NCBI GenBank assembly: GCA_045652645.1
Contig: JAZRUP010000179.1
Span: forward strand, 1 to 34,078
DNA: 34,078 nucleotides
Origin: Eubacteriales bacterium
GTDB taxonomy: Bacteria > Bacillota > Clostridia > Oscillospirales > CAG-272
Reading direction: 5' to 3'
Shown: positions 24,272-32,761 of the stretch, one piece after another
Position numbering within the stretch: the stretch's first letter is position 1
Layout of the letters: every line of letters starts with the position of its first letter
The notes under the pieces: generated by a model
What the model was told of the DNA's origin: nothing
Seen by the model: the letters and a program-made list of their open reading frames with translations, nothing else
Databases searched by the model: none
Program-made: the position numbers and the translations under genes

Positions 24272-24819
24272 TGAAACGCACAGGCAAAAAAATAAAAAGT
24301 CTTGCGCTTTGCTCGATGCTGGCGGCACTCGGAGTTGTTGTGCTTCTGCTCGGATCTTTTATTGAGGTGCTTGACCTCAGCGCGGCTATGTTCGCCTCTC
24401 TTATAGTGGTGATTGCCGTAATAGAGGCGGGAAAATATTGGCCGTGGCTAACGTATGCGGTTACATCTTTGACAGCGCTTCTTCTTTTACCGTATAAATT
24501 ACCTGCCGTTATGTATCTTTTGGCGGGATACTATCCGATAATAAAAGAAAAAATAGAGAAGCTTCCGAAACCCATTGCTTGGATCATAAAGCTTTCCTTA
24601 TTCAACTTGTCTCTCGCACTGGTTTTGCTTGTGCTGAAGCTGTTTTTGCCGGGAGTTTCGATAGAGCTTGTTCCTGGACTTAAAGATATTTACACATATC
24701 TCATATATTACGCCTCGGGAAATATTATTTTTATACTTTACGACATTCTTTTGACAAGACTTGTTTCTTTCTATGTTTTTAAGCTGCGAGACCGTCTTGG
24801 GATAGGTAACAAAAAATAA
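24271..24819 (+). CDS. Small polytopic membrane protein of unknown function
   Basis: Start at ATG 24271 overlaps the J-protein stop by 1 nt (TGATG). About 183 aa with 5-6 hydrophobic helices and a positively charged N-terminus ([10 protein letters not shown]). Confidence 0.7.
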   Translation: MKRTGKKIKSLALCSMLAALGVVVLLLGSFIEVLDLSAAMFASLIVVIAVIEAGKYWPWLTYAVTSLTALLLLPYKLPAVMYLLAGYYPIIKEKIEKLPKPIAWIIKLSLFNLSLALVLLVLKLFLPGVSIELVPGLKDIYTYLIYYASGNIIFILYDILLTRLVSFYVFKLRDRLGIGNKK

Positions 24820-24820
24820 A

Positions 24821-24869
24821 AATCATTCCGACAGAACGGAGAAACGCGTTTTGTCGGAATGATTTTTTA
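24821..24869. terminator. Bidirectional rho-independent terminator
   Basis: A 13-bp perfect stem (aatcattccgaca 24821-24833 / tgtcggaatgatt 24852-24864) followed by a T-run (24863-24868) and preceded by an A-run. It sits between two convergent operons. Confidence 0.75.
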
Positions 24870-24935
24870 TAATTTCAAGAAAAGAGAAAACTCGGTTTAT
24901 GCTTTAAAATAAATTATATGAAAACAGAACCAATC

Positions 24936-26336
24936 TTATCTTCGCTTTGTTTTTTTGTTATTTCTTTTTCGGAATATTTTGCTTCTGAACAAAATTACGT
25001 TCATTACCGCAAAAAACAGTATAAAAATAATAAGTGTTAGTATTGGCTTCTTAGGAGCTAAGGTTGCTAAGAACATCATCGGAAAACCGAAAACTATGGC
25101 AGGAAAGTTCTGATATACCATATTGTCTGATGCGGGCGTTCTGAAATCTCCGTCGATCTCACGTAGAAGTATAACACCCGTACTTGCCGTGCCTGTGAGC
25201 ATTCCGTACATAGTGAGAAACTGTTCTTCCGCATAGTCGGGGAAAAGAACCTTGGCAACTATTCGGTTGTAAACGTAGGTTATTATCATTCCTACAACAC
25301 CGAGAATAAGTATTATGCCCCAGTTGTTTTCGAGAACATCAAGTCTGATGGCGGCAATTCCCGCAACTACCATTATGTCAAAGAAGAAGTTGCACGCGCG
25401 AGTCATAAGAAAGTTGTTTGTGTATTTTCTTTTCATAATTTTCTTCTTGCGAAGGAAATTTATTATAAGCTTTATAATTGTAGCCGAAAGAACTCCGAGC
25501 AAGAAATTGAAGCCGTAAACAACAGATGCCATACCGGGGAAAAGCTTTCCGAGCCCAAACATAATAAGATACGTAACGACGTAAGCGACAAATATGAGAG
25601 CAACCTGAACCGTGAATTTATCTATGCTCTCCTGCATGGGAATTTCGTTGTCGGATTCGATCTCGTCTGTATGAAGACTTCCGTCACGTCTTTCGGAAAT
25701 AACAAGCTTTCCTCGCTTTTTCATTATGTTAAGATGGAGTACGCCTCCAAGGCTTGCGCAAATGAATCCGAGAGCGGCTATCGTAAGACCGAAGCTCTTG
25801 CCTCCGACAAAGCCGAAATCCTTTTCATAAATATTTCCGTAGTTAAGCGCCTGCCCCGTACCTTGACCGTAACCGAAGGGAAGCAGAACACCCGCAGCTG
25901 AGAAGAAGTCCTTTATAACAAGCGCCGCTATAAGTGTTATGACAAATCCGAATATAGCCTGGATCAGATAAGTTGCTACGGTGGTTATGCCGGTATTGAA
26001 TATTTCGGTAGATCTTTGCTTTGAGAGTTTTGAATTTGTCGTTTTAAAAGACGAAGCAATAAATCCGAGTGCCAAAGCGTGATACGTAATTATTTCAAGA
26101 TAAGTATATCCGTTTCCCGCAAAAGCAAGAGTGTTGAACAATGCGACTCCTGTTATTGCTTTATAAATGGCGGCTATGCTAAGAAGAACAAGTCCGCCTA
26201 TGACCGATGTCGGTATCAACGAATTTCTCAAAAACGGTGTTTTTCGTTTGATGATGTTTCCGAGAAGCAAGCTTCCAAGAAGCGCGGACACGAGTAGTAT
26301 CCAACCCCAGACACTATAATCCCAAAAATTGTTCAT
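24936..26336 (-). CDS. GltS-family (ESS) sodium/glutamate symporter-like transporter
   Basis: 466 aa polytopic. Blocks resemble E. coli GltS as I recall it: GNIIKRKTPFLRNSLIPTSVIGGLVLL versus LGRKLV..FLKKYTIPEPVAGGLLV, a GYGQGTGQA block, and MLTGTASTGVILLREI versus GLGATPTAIANMQAI. The start overlaps the upstream gene by 23 nt. Confidence 0.75.
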   Translation of the reverse strand: MNNFWDYSVWGWILLVSALLGSLLLGNIIKRKTPFLRNSLIPTSVIGGLVLLSIAAIYKAITGVALFNTLAFAGNGYTYLEIITYHALALGFIASSFKTTNSKLSKQRSTEIFNTGITTVATYLIQAIFGFVITLIAALVIKDFFSAAGVLLPFGYGQGTGQALNYGNIYEKDFGFVGGKSFGLTIAALGFICASLGGVLHLNIMKKRGKLVISERRDGSLHTDEIESDNEIPMQESIDKFTVQVALIFVAYVVTYLIMFGLGKLFPGMASVVYGFNFLLGVLSATIIKLIINFLRKKKIMKRKYTNNFLMTRACNFFFDIMVVAGIAAIRLDVLENNWGIILILGVVGMIITYVYNRIVAKVLFPDYAEEQFLTMYGMLTGTASTGVILLREIDGDFRTPASDNMVYQNFPAIVFGFPMMFLATLAPKKPILTLIIFILFFAVMNVILFRSKIFRKRNNKKTKRR

Positions 26337-27537
26337 TTTCCGCTCCTTTTGTAATATTTGTATACCTATGATAAATGTGTACGTATTTTAAAGCGTTGAA
26401 TCTCTTTCCGCCCTTGAGCTGATATATTTTGTTTCCGTAATAAATATTCAGTTTGTTTCTTCCAAGAACCGCGACGGATGATGTTGAATCAAAATCAAAC
26501 AGAAGAGGGGGATTATCCGTTGTTATCTGAATACGGTCCCCGTAAAGGATTATTTTAGCGTTCTCGGCAATAAGCTGTTTGTTACTGCAGGGGATAACTT
26601 CAGAGATCGAAGCTTCATCGTGATACAAAGGTTCTTCTTTGTACGCCGTTACGTCAAGCTTGTTTATATGATCCTTTTGATAATCGTACCAATCGGCAAC
26701 GAATTTGAAAGGAAAATCAAAATCAATACCGACAAGCTCTTTTTTTGAAGAATAGCGGATCTTTCGGTTGCATTTTTTACATTCGATAATGTCGCCGCAA
26801 CTTTCAAATTCGGAAAGACCGCAATAAGGACAGACATATACGGCGCGTTCGAGATATTCCGCGCATTTTTTATGACGAAACTCACAGTCCGCAACAGCTT
26901 CATCGACGTAAAGCCCTTCTTTTATGATATTGAAAAGCTCTTCGTCAGTCATAGAGGCATATTCCTCGGGCTCTATGACTCTTGAAACATACCCTTTCAT
27001 TTTTCCTTTGCGGATGACGTCGCTCCATCTCGGCTGAACGCCGTATCCTCCTTCGATCCTGTAAAGCGCGATAGGCATTTTCAGCTTTCTCGCAAGAGGA
27101 GCTATAGAGGGGCTCATATATTCAGTTCTGCCGCTGTAGGTTCGGTTTCCTTCGGGGGCAATCGCGATAGTTCCGCCTTCTTTTGAGACCTTTATGCAAT
27201 TAAGAATTGCTCTTACGTCGGTGGTCTGCTTTTTTATCGGAATAGGAGCAACCAAATATTTTATTACCGATGATATCCATCCGTTTGAGAAAATATCTTC
27301 TGTTGCAAGGTAATATACCGGACCTTTAAACGCCATTCCAACGAAGAATTGGTCAAACGGAGTCTGATGATTAAGGAGAATAAGATACGGAGTCTTCTTC
27401 TTTTGCTCTTTAAAGCGACTTACGCGCATACCGTATTTGATTCGTGAATACGGAGCTAAGAATATGTAAAGTATGTTTCTGGCAAGGTAGTGCCGGGGCT
27501 TTATCCATTTTTTTCTCTTTTTATCATCTTTTTTCAT
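26314..27537 (-). CDS. PlsC-type (lysophospholipid) acyltransferase-family protein with an internal zinc ribbon and a C-terminal extension
   Basis: 407 aa. HX4D acyltransferase motif NHQTPFD and a downstream APEGNRTYSG block (EGTR-type). Zinc ribbon CPYCGLSEFESCGDIIECKKCNRK. About 150 aa of unassigned C-terminus. Confidence 0.8.
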   Translation of the reverse strand: MKKDDKKRKKWIKPRHYLARNILYIFLAPYSRIKYGMRVSRFKEQKKKTPYLILLNHQTPFDQFFVGMAFKGPVYYLATEDIFSNGWISSVIKYLVAPIPIKKQTTDVRAILNCIKVSKEGGTIAIAPEGNRTYSGRTEYMSPSIAPLARKLKMPIALYRIEGGYGVQPRWSDVIRKGKMKGYVSRVIEPEEYASMTDEELFNIIKEGLYVDEAVADCEFRHKKCAEYLERAVYVCPYCGLSEFESCGDIIECKKCNRKIRYSSKKELVGIDFDFPFKFVADWYDYQKDHINKLDVTAYKEEPLYHDEASISEVIPCSNKQLIAENAKIILYGDRIQITTDNPPLLFDFDSTSSVAVLGRNKLNIYYGNKIYQLKGGKRFNALKYVHIYHRYTNITKGAENEQFLGL

Positions 27538-27540
27538 AGA

Positions 27541-29253
27541 TCAGTTTACTTTAAATCTCATTATTTTTTTTGCGGTGTTTCGCTCAAACGGTTCTTTTCT
27601 GATTTCTACTTTAAGCATCTTCTTATAAGTAGGAAGATCGCGGTTTATCTTGTCGATCTCTGATTTGATGATAGAATATATTTCCTCATCGCTTTTGCCT
27701 TCAAGCAGTTCCATATTGGGAACGCAGATAGCTGTTAAAGCGGGCTCACCTTCAGTTTCACGAACCGTTACAACAGATTCAAGTATGTAAGTAACGGGAA
27801 CGATATGTTCTTCAAGTTCCTCAGGGAATACGTTCTTTCCGTTCGAGAGAATGATTACGTTTTTCTTACGTCCGGTAATGAAAATATAGCCTTCATCATC
27901 AATGTAACCGATGTCACCCGTGCGGAACCAACCGTCGTCTGTAAAAACTTCTTTCGTGGATTCGGGATCTTTGAAATATCCCATCATAACATTGTCACCC
28001 TTGACACAGATCTCTCCTGTTTCATCGGATGGATCCTGCTTTTCTATCATAACGCGGCAATTCTTTACGGGCTGTCCTACAGAATGGAAACGAACCTTTC
28101 CCGGAGAGTTGACCGCAACTAGAGGAGCACACTCGGTTATTCCGTAGCCCTCAAGCACAGTGATACCGAAAGCATAAAAATCTTTGATTATTTGTGGCGA
28201 GAGAGGAGCGCCTCCGCAGACGATGCTCTTGAGATTTCCACCGAAAGCTCCCGTTATCTTGCTAAAAAGTTTATTTCTTATATCTATATGACAGAAGAGC
28301 AGCGCTTTGTTTAAGCCCATAAGGAATTTAAGCGTTCCCGTAAGCTTTTTCTTTTTTACCTCGTCCCAAATTCTCTTGTGCATAGTTTCAACGAAAAGCG
28401 GAACGAGCATAAGCGCGTTGGGTTTGTATTCTCCCATATTTCGGAGAATGTGCTTAAGGCTGTCGTTGATGAGTATCTCAGCGCCGAGAGACATTATAGC
28501 CATCTCACCGCAGGTTATCTCATATGAGTGGTGCGGCGGGAGCGCGGATATAAAAGTATTGTTTTTGTCATAGGACATAGAAAGAACAGCAGCATTTGTT
28601 GCGGCTGTAAGGTTTTTATGAGAAAGCATAACTCCTTTTGCCGTTCCTGTTGTTCCTGACGTAAAGAGAAGGGCGGACATTTTATCCATATCGATCTCGT
28701 GATCGATAAATTCACGGTTTTCGTCGGATATTGCCTTTTTGCCTATTTCTATGATCTCGTCGATCGTTTTCACACGGTCACAGAATCTAAAATTTTCCCC
28801 GGGCTGAAGAGGGATAAAATACTTGACATCCGGCAGTTCTTTTGCGATTTCCTCGATCTTTGTGTTTTGTATTCTTGTATACACTACTGCTTTTGATTCG
28901 GATCTGATAATAAAATTCGCCGTTTGTTCAGGAGAAATGTCTCGGTCGATCGGAACTGCGTAACCACCTCCCGTGACTGTTGCCAAATATGTGGCAAAAA
29001 ATCTCGGATAAACCTCACCGGTTAAAGCAATTCCGCAATCAAGTAAACCAAGCACGGCAAATGCAGTTCCTATAGCATCTACTTCTTCGCGAAGCTTTCC
29101 ATAGGTATAAGTTTTAAACTCGCTTTTGCTGTCTTCTTTGTAGCGATAAAGAACCTTATTTCCGTATTTTTCGTCATTTCGGTAGACAAGATGTCTGAGA
29201 TTGTCAATAGCGCTTTGCGGTTCTGCGCCTTTTAGATTATTTATCATTTTCAT
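27541..29253 (-). CDS. AMP-dependent long-chain fatty acid--CoA ligase family enzyme
   Basis: AMP-binding motifs LFTSGTTGTAKGVMLSH, GYGITE and WFRTGDIGYIDDEGYIFITGRKKNVI. Start chosen at ATG 29253 (MKMINNLKG), which has GGTGGAG upstream. The track's 29337 start would run through the predicted promoter. Confidence 0.85.
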   Translation of the reverse strand: MKMINNLKGAEPQSAIDNLRHLVYRNDEKYGNKVLYRYKEDSKSEFKTYTYGKLREEVDAIGTAFAVLGLLDCGIALTGEVYPRFFATYLATVTGGGYAVPIDRDISPEQTANFIIRSESKAVVYTRIQNTKIEEIAKELPDVKYFIPLQPGENFRFCDRVKTIDEIIEIGKKAISDENREFIDHEIDMDKMSALLFTSGTTGTAKGVMLSHKNLTAATNAAVLSMSYDKNNTFISALPPHHSYEITCGEMAIMSLGAEILINDSLKHILRNMGEYKPNALMLVPLFVETMHKRIWDEVKKKKLTGTLKFLMGLNKALLFCHIDIRNKLFSKITGAFGGNLKSIVCGGAPLSPQIIKDFYAFGITVLEGYGITECAPLVAVNSPGKVRFHSVGQPVKNCRVMIEKQDPSDETGEICVKGDNVMMGYFKDPESTKEVFTDDGWFRTGDIGYIDDEGYIFITGRKKNVIILSNGKNVFPEELEEHIVPVTYILESVVTVRETEGEPALTAICVPNMELLEGKSDEEIYSIIKSEIDKINRDLPTYKKMLKVEIRKEPFERNTAKKIMRFKVN

Positions 29254-29308
29254 AAAATACCCACTCCACCTTTCTGTAAAACGCAAAGTTAACAGTGATA
29301 ACATTGAT

Positions 29309-29337
29309 ATTTTACAAATTTTTGGAAGAATTATCAA
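29309..29337 (-). promoter_or_regulatory. Sigma-A-type promoter for the acyl-CoA ligase operon
   Basis: Reverse strand reads TTGATA (29337-29332), a 17-nt spacer, then TAAAAT (29314-29309). Confidence 0.4.
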
Positions 29338-29342
29338 GTGAA

Positions 29343-29368
29343 TATATGTTAAATCTTGTTAACATATA
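29343..29368. promoter_or_regulatory. Perfect 10-nt inverted repeat (candidate operator)
   Basis: TATATGTTAA (29343-29352), 6 nt atcttg, then TTAACATATA (29359-29368). It lies immediately upstream of the -35 box of the acyl-CoA ligase promoter. Confidence 0.35.
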
Positions 29369-29408
29369 GTAAATATAATTAATAATTTACTATAAATTAG
29401 AAAACTTC

Positions 29409-29437
29409 TTGACAATTTAAAACATTTAGATTATAAT
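29409..29437 (+). promoter_or_regulatory. Sigma-A-type promoter for proS
   Basis: Perfect consensus TTGACA (29409-29414), a 17-nt spacer, then TATAAT (29432-29437). Confidence 0.6.
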
Positions 29438-29478
29438 ATTACATTATAATTATTATCATTTACCGAAAGGATATAAAA

Positions 29479-30921
29479 ATGGCTAAGAATGAAAAAATGG
29501 TTGAGCAGATAACGTCTATGGATGTTGATTTTGCTCAGTGGTATACAGACGTTGTAAAAAAAGCCGAACTTGCCGACTATTCGGGAGTTAAGGGCTGTAT
29601 GATAATTCGTCCATACGGATACGCTATATGGGAAAATATACAAAAGGAGCTTGACGAGAGATTCAAAGCTCTTGGACATGAGAACGTATATATGCCGATG
29701 TTCATTCCCGAAAGCCTTTTGCAAAAGGAAAAGGATCACGTGGAGGGGTTTGCTCCCGAATGTGCTATTGTAACAATAGGAGGTCAGAATAAGCTCTCTG
29801 AAAGACTTATCGTCCGTCCTACGTCGGAAACTCTTTTCTGCGATCACTTTAAGGATATAATTCATTCTTACCGCGACCTGCCTAAGCTCTATAATCAGTG
29901 GGTAAACGTAGTTCGTTGGGAAAAGACCACTCGTCCTTTCCTGCGTACATCAGAGTTCCTTTGGCAGGAAGGCCATACAATGCATGAGACAGAGGAAGAG
30001 GCAAGAGAAGAAACACTTCAGATGCTTAAGGTATATGAAGAATTCTATCTTAACTGCCTTGCTATCCCCGCGATCACGGGTCAGAAAACAGAGAAGGAAA
30101 AATTTGCGGGCGCGGTCGAAACATACACTATCGAGCCTATGATGCATAACGGTGTCGCGCTTCAGGGCGGAACAACACACTATTTCGGTGACGGATTCGC
30201 AAAGGCGTTTGATATTACGTTTGCGGGCAGAGATAATAAGATATATTATCCCCACCAGACGTCTTGGGGCGTTTCTACTCGTATGATCGGCGCTATCATT
30301 ATGTCTCACGGTGACGATAACGGTCTTATTCTTCCTCCGAAGGTTGCTCCCATTCAGGTTGTTATCATTCCCGTTGCTCAGCACAAGGAAGGCGTTCTTG
30401 AGAAGGCAAACGAGATCAAAGACAGGCTTATTGCCGCGGGATACAGAGTTAAGCTTGATGACAGCGATCAGAGCACAGGTTGGAAGTACAGCCAGTATGA
30501 GATGAAGGGTGTTCCCGTTCGTCTTGAGATAGGTCCTCGCGATATCGAGAGCGGAAACTGTGTGCTCGTCAGCCGTGTTTCGAGAGAAAAGAATTTCGTT
30601 GCTATTGACGGCGTTGAGAACGAGGTCGCAAAGATGCTTCAGTTCGTTCACGACGAGCTTGTTGAGCGCGCGAGAAAAAATCTCGCTGAGAAAACAAACG
30701 ACGCTCACAGCTACGAGGAGTTCCTTGACATCGCGGAGAATAAGCCCGGATTTATACGCGCTATGTGGTGCGGCTGCTCTGAGTGCGAGGATAAGCTCAA
30801 GGAAGTTACGGGCGGCGTAAAATCGCGTTGCATACCGTTCAACGAAGAAAGCCTCGGTGAGACCTGCGTTTGCTGCGGAAAGCCTGCGAAGCATATGGTC
30901 GTCTGGGGCAGACAGTATTAA
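29479..30921 (+). CDS. proS: Proline--tRNA ligase, archaeal/eukaryote-like type (no INS editing domain)
   Basis: 480 aa. N-terminus [35 protein letters not shown], class II motif region [15 protein letters not shown]-terminal zinc-binding domain ([10 protein letters not shown]...CVCCGKPA) ending in WGRQY. Confidence 0.95.
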   Translation: MAKNEKMVEQITSMDVDFAQWYTDVVKKAELADYSGVKGCMIIRPYGYAIWENIQKELDERFKALGHENVYMPMFIPESLLQKEKDHVEGFAPECAIVTIGGQNKLSERLIVRPTSETLFCDHFKDIIHSYRDLPKLYNQWVNVVRWEKTTRPFLRTSEFLWQEGHTMHETEEEAREETLQMLKVYEEFYLNCLAIPAITGQKTEKEKFAGAVETYTIEPMMHNGVALQGGTTHYFGDGFAKAFDITFAGRDNKIYYPHQTSWGVSTRMIGAIIMSHGDDNGLILPPKVAPIQVVIIPVAQHKEGVLEKANEIKDRLIAAGYRVKLDDSDQSTGWKYSQYEMKGVPVRLEIGPRDIESGNCVLVSRVSREKNFVAIDGVENEVAKMLQFVHDELVERARKNLAEKTNDAHSYEEFLDIAENKPGFIRAMWCGCSECEDKLKEVTGGVKSRCIPFNEESLGETCVCCGKPAKHMVVWGRQY

Positions 30922-30931
30922 TAGATTTTTT

Positions 30932-30967
30932 GAAGGAAGAAAACGCGGATACACGTTTTCTTCCTTT
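30932..30967 (+). terminator. Hairpin terminator downstream of proS (weak U-tract)
   Basis: A 14-bp stem (gaaggaagaaaacg 30932-30945 / cgttttcttccttt 30954-30967; one G-U pair) around an 8-nt loop. Only a short T-run follows. Confidence 0.5.
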
Positions 30968-31003
30968 CAGTAAACAATAAAAATCAAGGGAAGGGAGAAA
31001 AAT

Positions 31004-32104
31004 GTGCAATTTATAAAAGATAAAATAAGAAATATAGATCCCATACTGTTTTTCGCGACATCTTTTCTTTCCCTTATAAGCCTTGTTGTTTTGTTCGGCG
31101 CGAGGAACAGTGAGTTCGGAAGTACGAGAAACTTTATAATGCAAGTCGCGATGACTTTTGTAGGATTGCTTTTTATGGTTGTTATCTCAAACGTTGATTT
31201 CTCTAATTTGCATCCTTTTGTTTATATAACTGTTTACGGATTGTCGTGCGTACTTCTTGTGCTTTTACTGTTCGTCGGAGAAAGTGCGGGAACAAATCAG
31301 AATTGGATCAAGATTCCCGGTATAGGGATCAGCATTCAGCCATCAGAGTTTGTCAGAGCGAGCTTTATTTTAACCTTTGCAAAACATTTAAGTGTTATAA
31401 AAGATGAAATAAACCGTCCTAAAAATGTATTATTGTTAATGCTTCACGCAGGAATAATAATGGCCTTGCTTCTCGCCTCCGGAGATCTTGGAATGACTCT
31501 CGTTTATTTTGGCATCATGATCGTGATGCTTTATTGCGCGGGACTTTCATTGTGGTATTTTTTTACGGCTATTATATTGATAGTAGCCGCATTCCCGTTT
31601 TTGTGGAAATTCCTCGCGGAATATCAAAAAGAACGGATACTTGTTGGGTTCAATCCTGATGTTGATCCGTCGGGAGTCGGACTTCAGCAAATACAAAGCA
31701 GAACAGCCATTGCCGGAGGAGGCTTTTTCGGCCGCGGAATAAACGGGGCGGGGAGCTATAAAGGAATGTACGCCTCGACAACGGACTTTTTCTTTTCGAC
31801 TTATGCCGAAATGTTCGGATTTTTTGGCTGTATCGTTTTGCTTGCGGTAATCACTCTCATTGTTGTTCGTCTTATAATTTTGGCAAGACGTTCACGCGAT
31901 TTTTACAGTGCGTTTGTTTGCGCCGGAGTTGCAGGTATGATGGTCGTGCAGACCGTTGAGAACCTCGGAATGTGTCTTTGCCTTCTGCCCGTTGTAGGAA
32001 TTACTTTGCCGTTTTTGAGTGCCGGAGGATCGTCTGTCCTGTCTATTTACCTGATTTTCGGACTTGTTCACGGAACATCGAGAGAAAAGCGAAAATTACT
32101 GTAA
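31004..32104 (+). CDS. SEDS-family peptidoglycan glycosyltransferase (FtsW/RodA/SpoVE)
   Basis: 366 aa polytopic with a GTG start after GGGAAGGGAG. SEDS blocks QPSEFVRASFILTFAKHL, IAGGGFFGRG and LLPVVGITLPFLSAGGSS. Confidence 0.9.
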   Translation: MQFIKDKIRNIDPILFFATSFLSLISLVVLFGARNSEFGSTRNFIMQVAMTFVGLLFMVVISNVDFSNLHPFVYITVYGLSCVLLVLLLFVGESAGTNQNWIKIPGIGISIQPSEFVRASFILTFAKHLSVIKDEINRPKNVLLLMLHAGIIMALLLASGDLGMTLVYFGIMIVMLYCAGLSLWYFFTAIILIVAAFPFLWKFLAEYQKERILVGFNPDVDPSGVGLQQIQSRTAIAGGGFFGRGINGAGSYKGMYASTTDFFFSTYAEMFGFFGCIVLLAVITLIVVRLIILARRSRDFYSAFVCAGVAGMMVVQTVENLGMCLCLLPVVGITLPFLSAGGSSVLSIYLIFGLVHGTSREKRKLL

Positions 32105-32105
32105 T

Positions 32106-32169
32106 AAACTGCCTCATTTCATAATATAATTTCAATGAAACAAGAAATTATATTACGGAGGCAGTTTTT
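32106..32169 (+). promoter_or_regulatory. Long two-tier hairpin plus T-run; a terminator/attenuator that sequesters the SD of the next gene
   Basis: Outer 10-bp stem (aaactgcctc 32106-32115 / gaggcagttt 32158-32167), inner 11-bp stem (aatataatttc 32123-32133 / gaaattatatt 32144-32154), 10-nt loop, T-run 32165-32169. The GGAGG SD (32157-32161) of the ATG at 32170 lies in the 3' arm. Confidence 0.55.
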
Positions 32170-32652
32170 ATGTTCGTATATTCACTTAAAGCCAGTACGC
32201 TGAAATTTTTCGGTATTATTTGTGTCGCTATGGTCGCGCTTATTACTCTTATCGTTTTTATTCCGACTTATGATTCGGGTGCAGATGATATTGCGGTTGG
32301 AGCTGAGGTAAATTACAGCAAAATAAAAACGGACGAAGACAGGATAGCTTTTTTAAAGCAGTTTGGATGGGAGGTAAATCCCGTCGCCGTTGAAATCAAA
32401 GAAACGAAGATACCAAAGGAATTTGATACCGTTTTCAATACTTATAATGAAATACAGAAGCGTCAGGGCCTTGATCTTGGCAGTTATAAAGGCAAAGCAA
32501 TAACACGTTATACATACGAGATCACAAATTACGAAGGGTACGAGGGCACGGTCTATGCTAATATTATCATCTATAAAAACAAGGTGATAGGAGGCGACGT
32601 TTGCACAGCTGATGTTGAAGGGTTTATTCACGGGTTTGAAAAAGCAGCTTGA
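32170..32652 (+). CDS. DUF4830-like membrane-anchored protein
   Basis: 160 aa. N-terminal TM helix (LKFFGIICVAMVALITLIVFI), then the block EDRIAFLKQFGWEV...IPKEFDTVFNTYNEIQKRQGLDL...ITRYTY, as I recall for DUF4830. Confidence 0.75.
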   Translation: MFVYSLKASTLKFFGIICVAMVALITLIVFIPTYDSGADDIAVGAEVNYSKIKTDEDRIAFLKQFGWEVNPVAVEIKETKIPKEFDTVFNTYNEIQKRQGLDLGSYKGKAITRYTYEITNYEGYEGTVYANIIIYKNKVIGGDVCTADVEGFIHGFEKAA

Positions 32653-32667
32653 ATAATATAACGTAAG

Positions 32668-32698
32668 AAGCATTGTTCATGTGGGACAATGCTTTTTT
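32668..32698 (+). terminator. Rho-independent terminator
   Basis: A 9-bp stem (aagcattgt 32668-32676 / acaatgctt 32686-32694) around a 9-nt loop, with a T-run at 32693-32698. Confidence 0.7.
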
Positions 32699-32701
32699 AT
32701 A

Positions 32702-32730
32702 TTGACATATTTCGATATTAGGTGTATAAT
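32702..32730 (+). promoter_or_regulatory. Sigma-A-type promoter for the antiporter gene
   Basis: Consensus TTGACA (32702-32707), a 17-nt spacer, then TATAAT (32725-32730). Confidence 0.55.
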
Positions 32731-32761
32731 ACAAGTATAAAATATGGAAGAGGTGAGAATC

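Noticed and set aside
29338-29478. A T-box leader upstream of proS
   Set aside because: The consensus promoter at 29409-29437 leaves a leader of about 40 nt. That is far too short for a T-box, and no specifier-loop or T-box sequence was seen.
29950-30954. A 334-aa reverse ORF
   Set aside because: It is antisense to proS and has no start-site signals.
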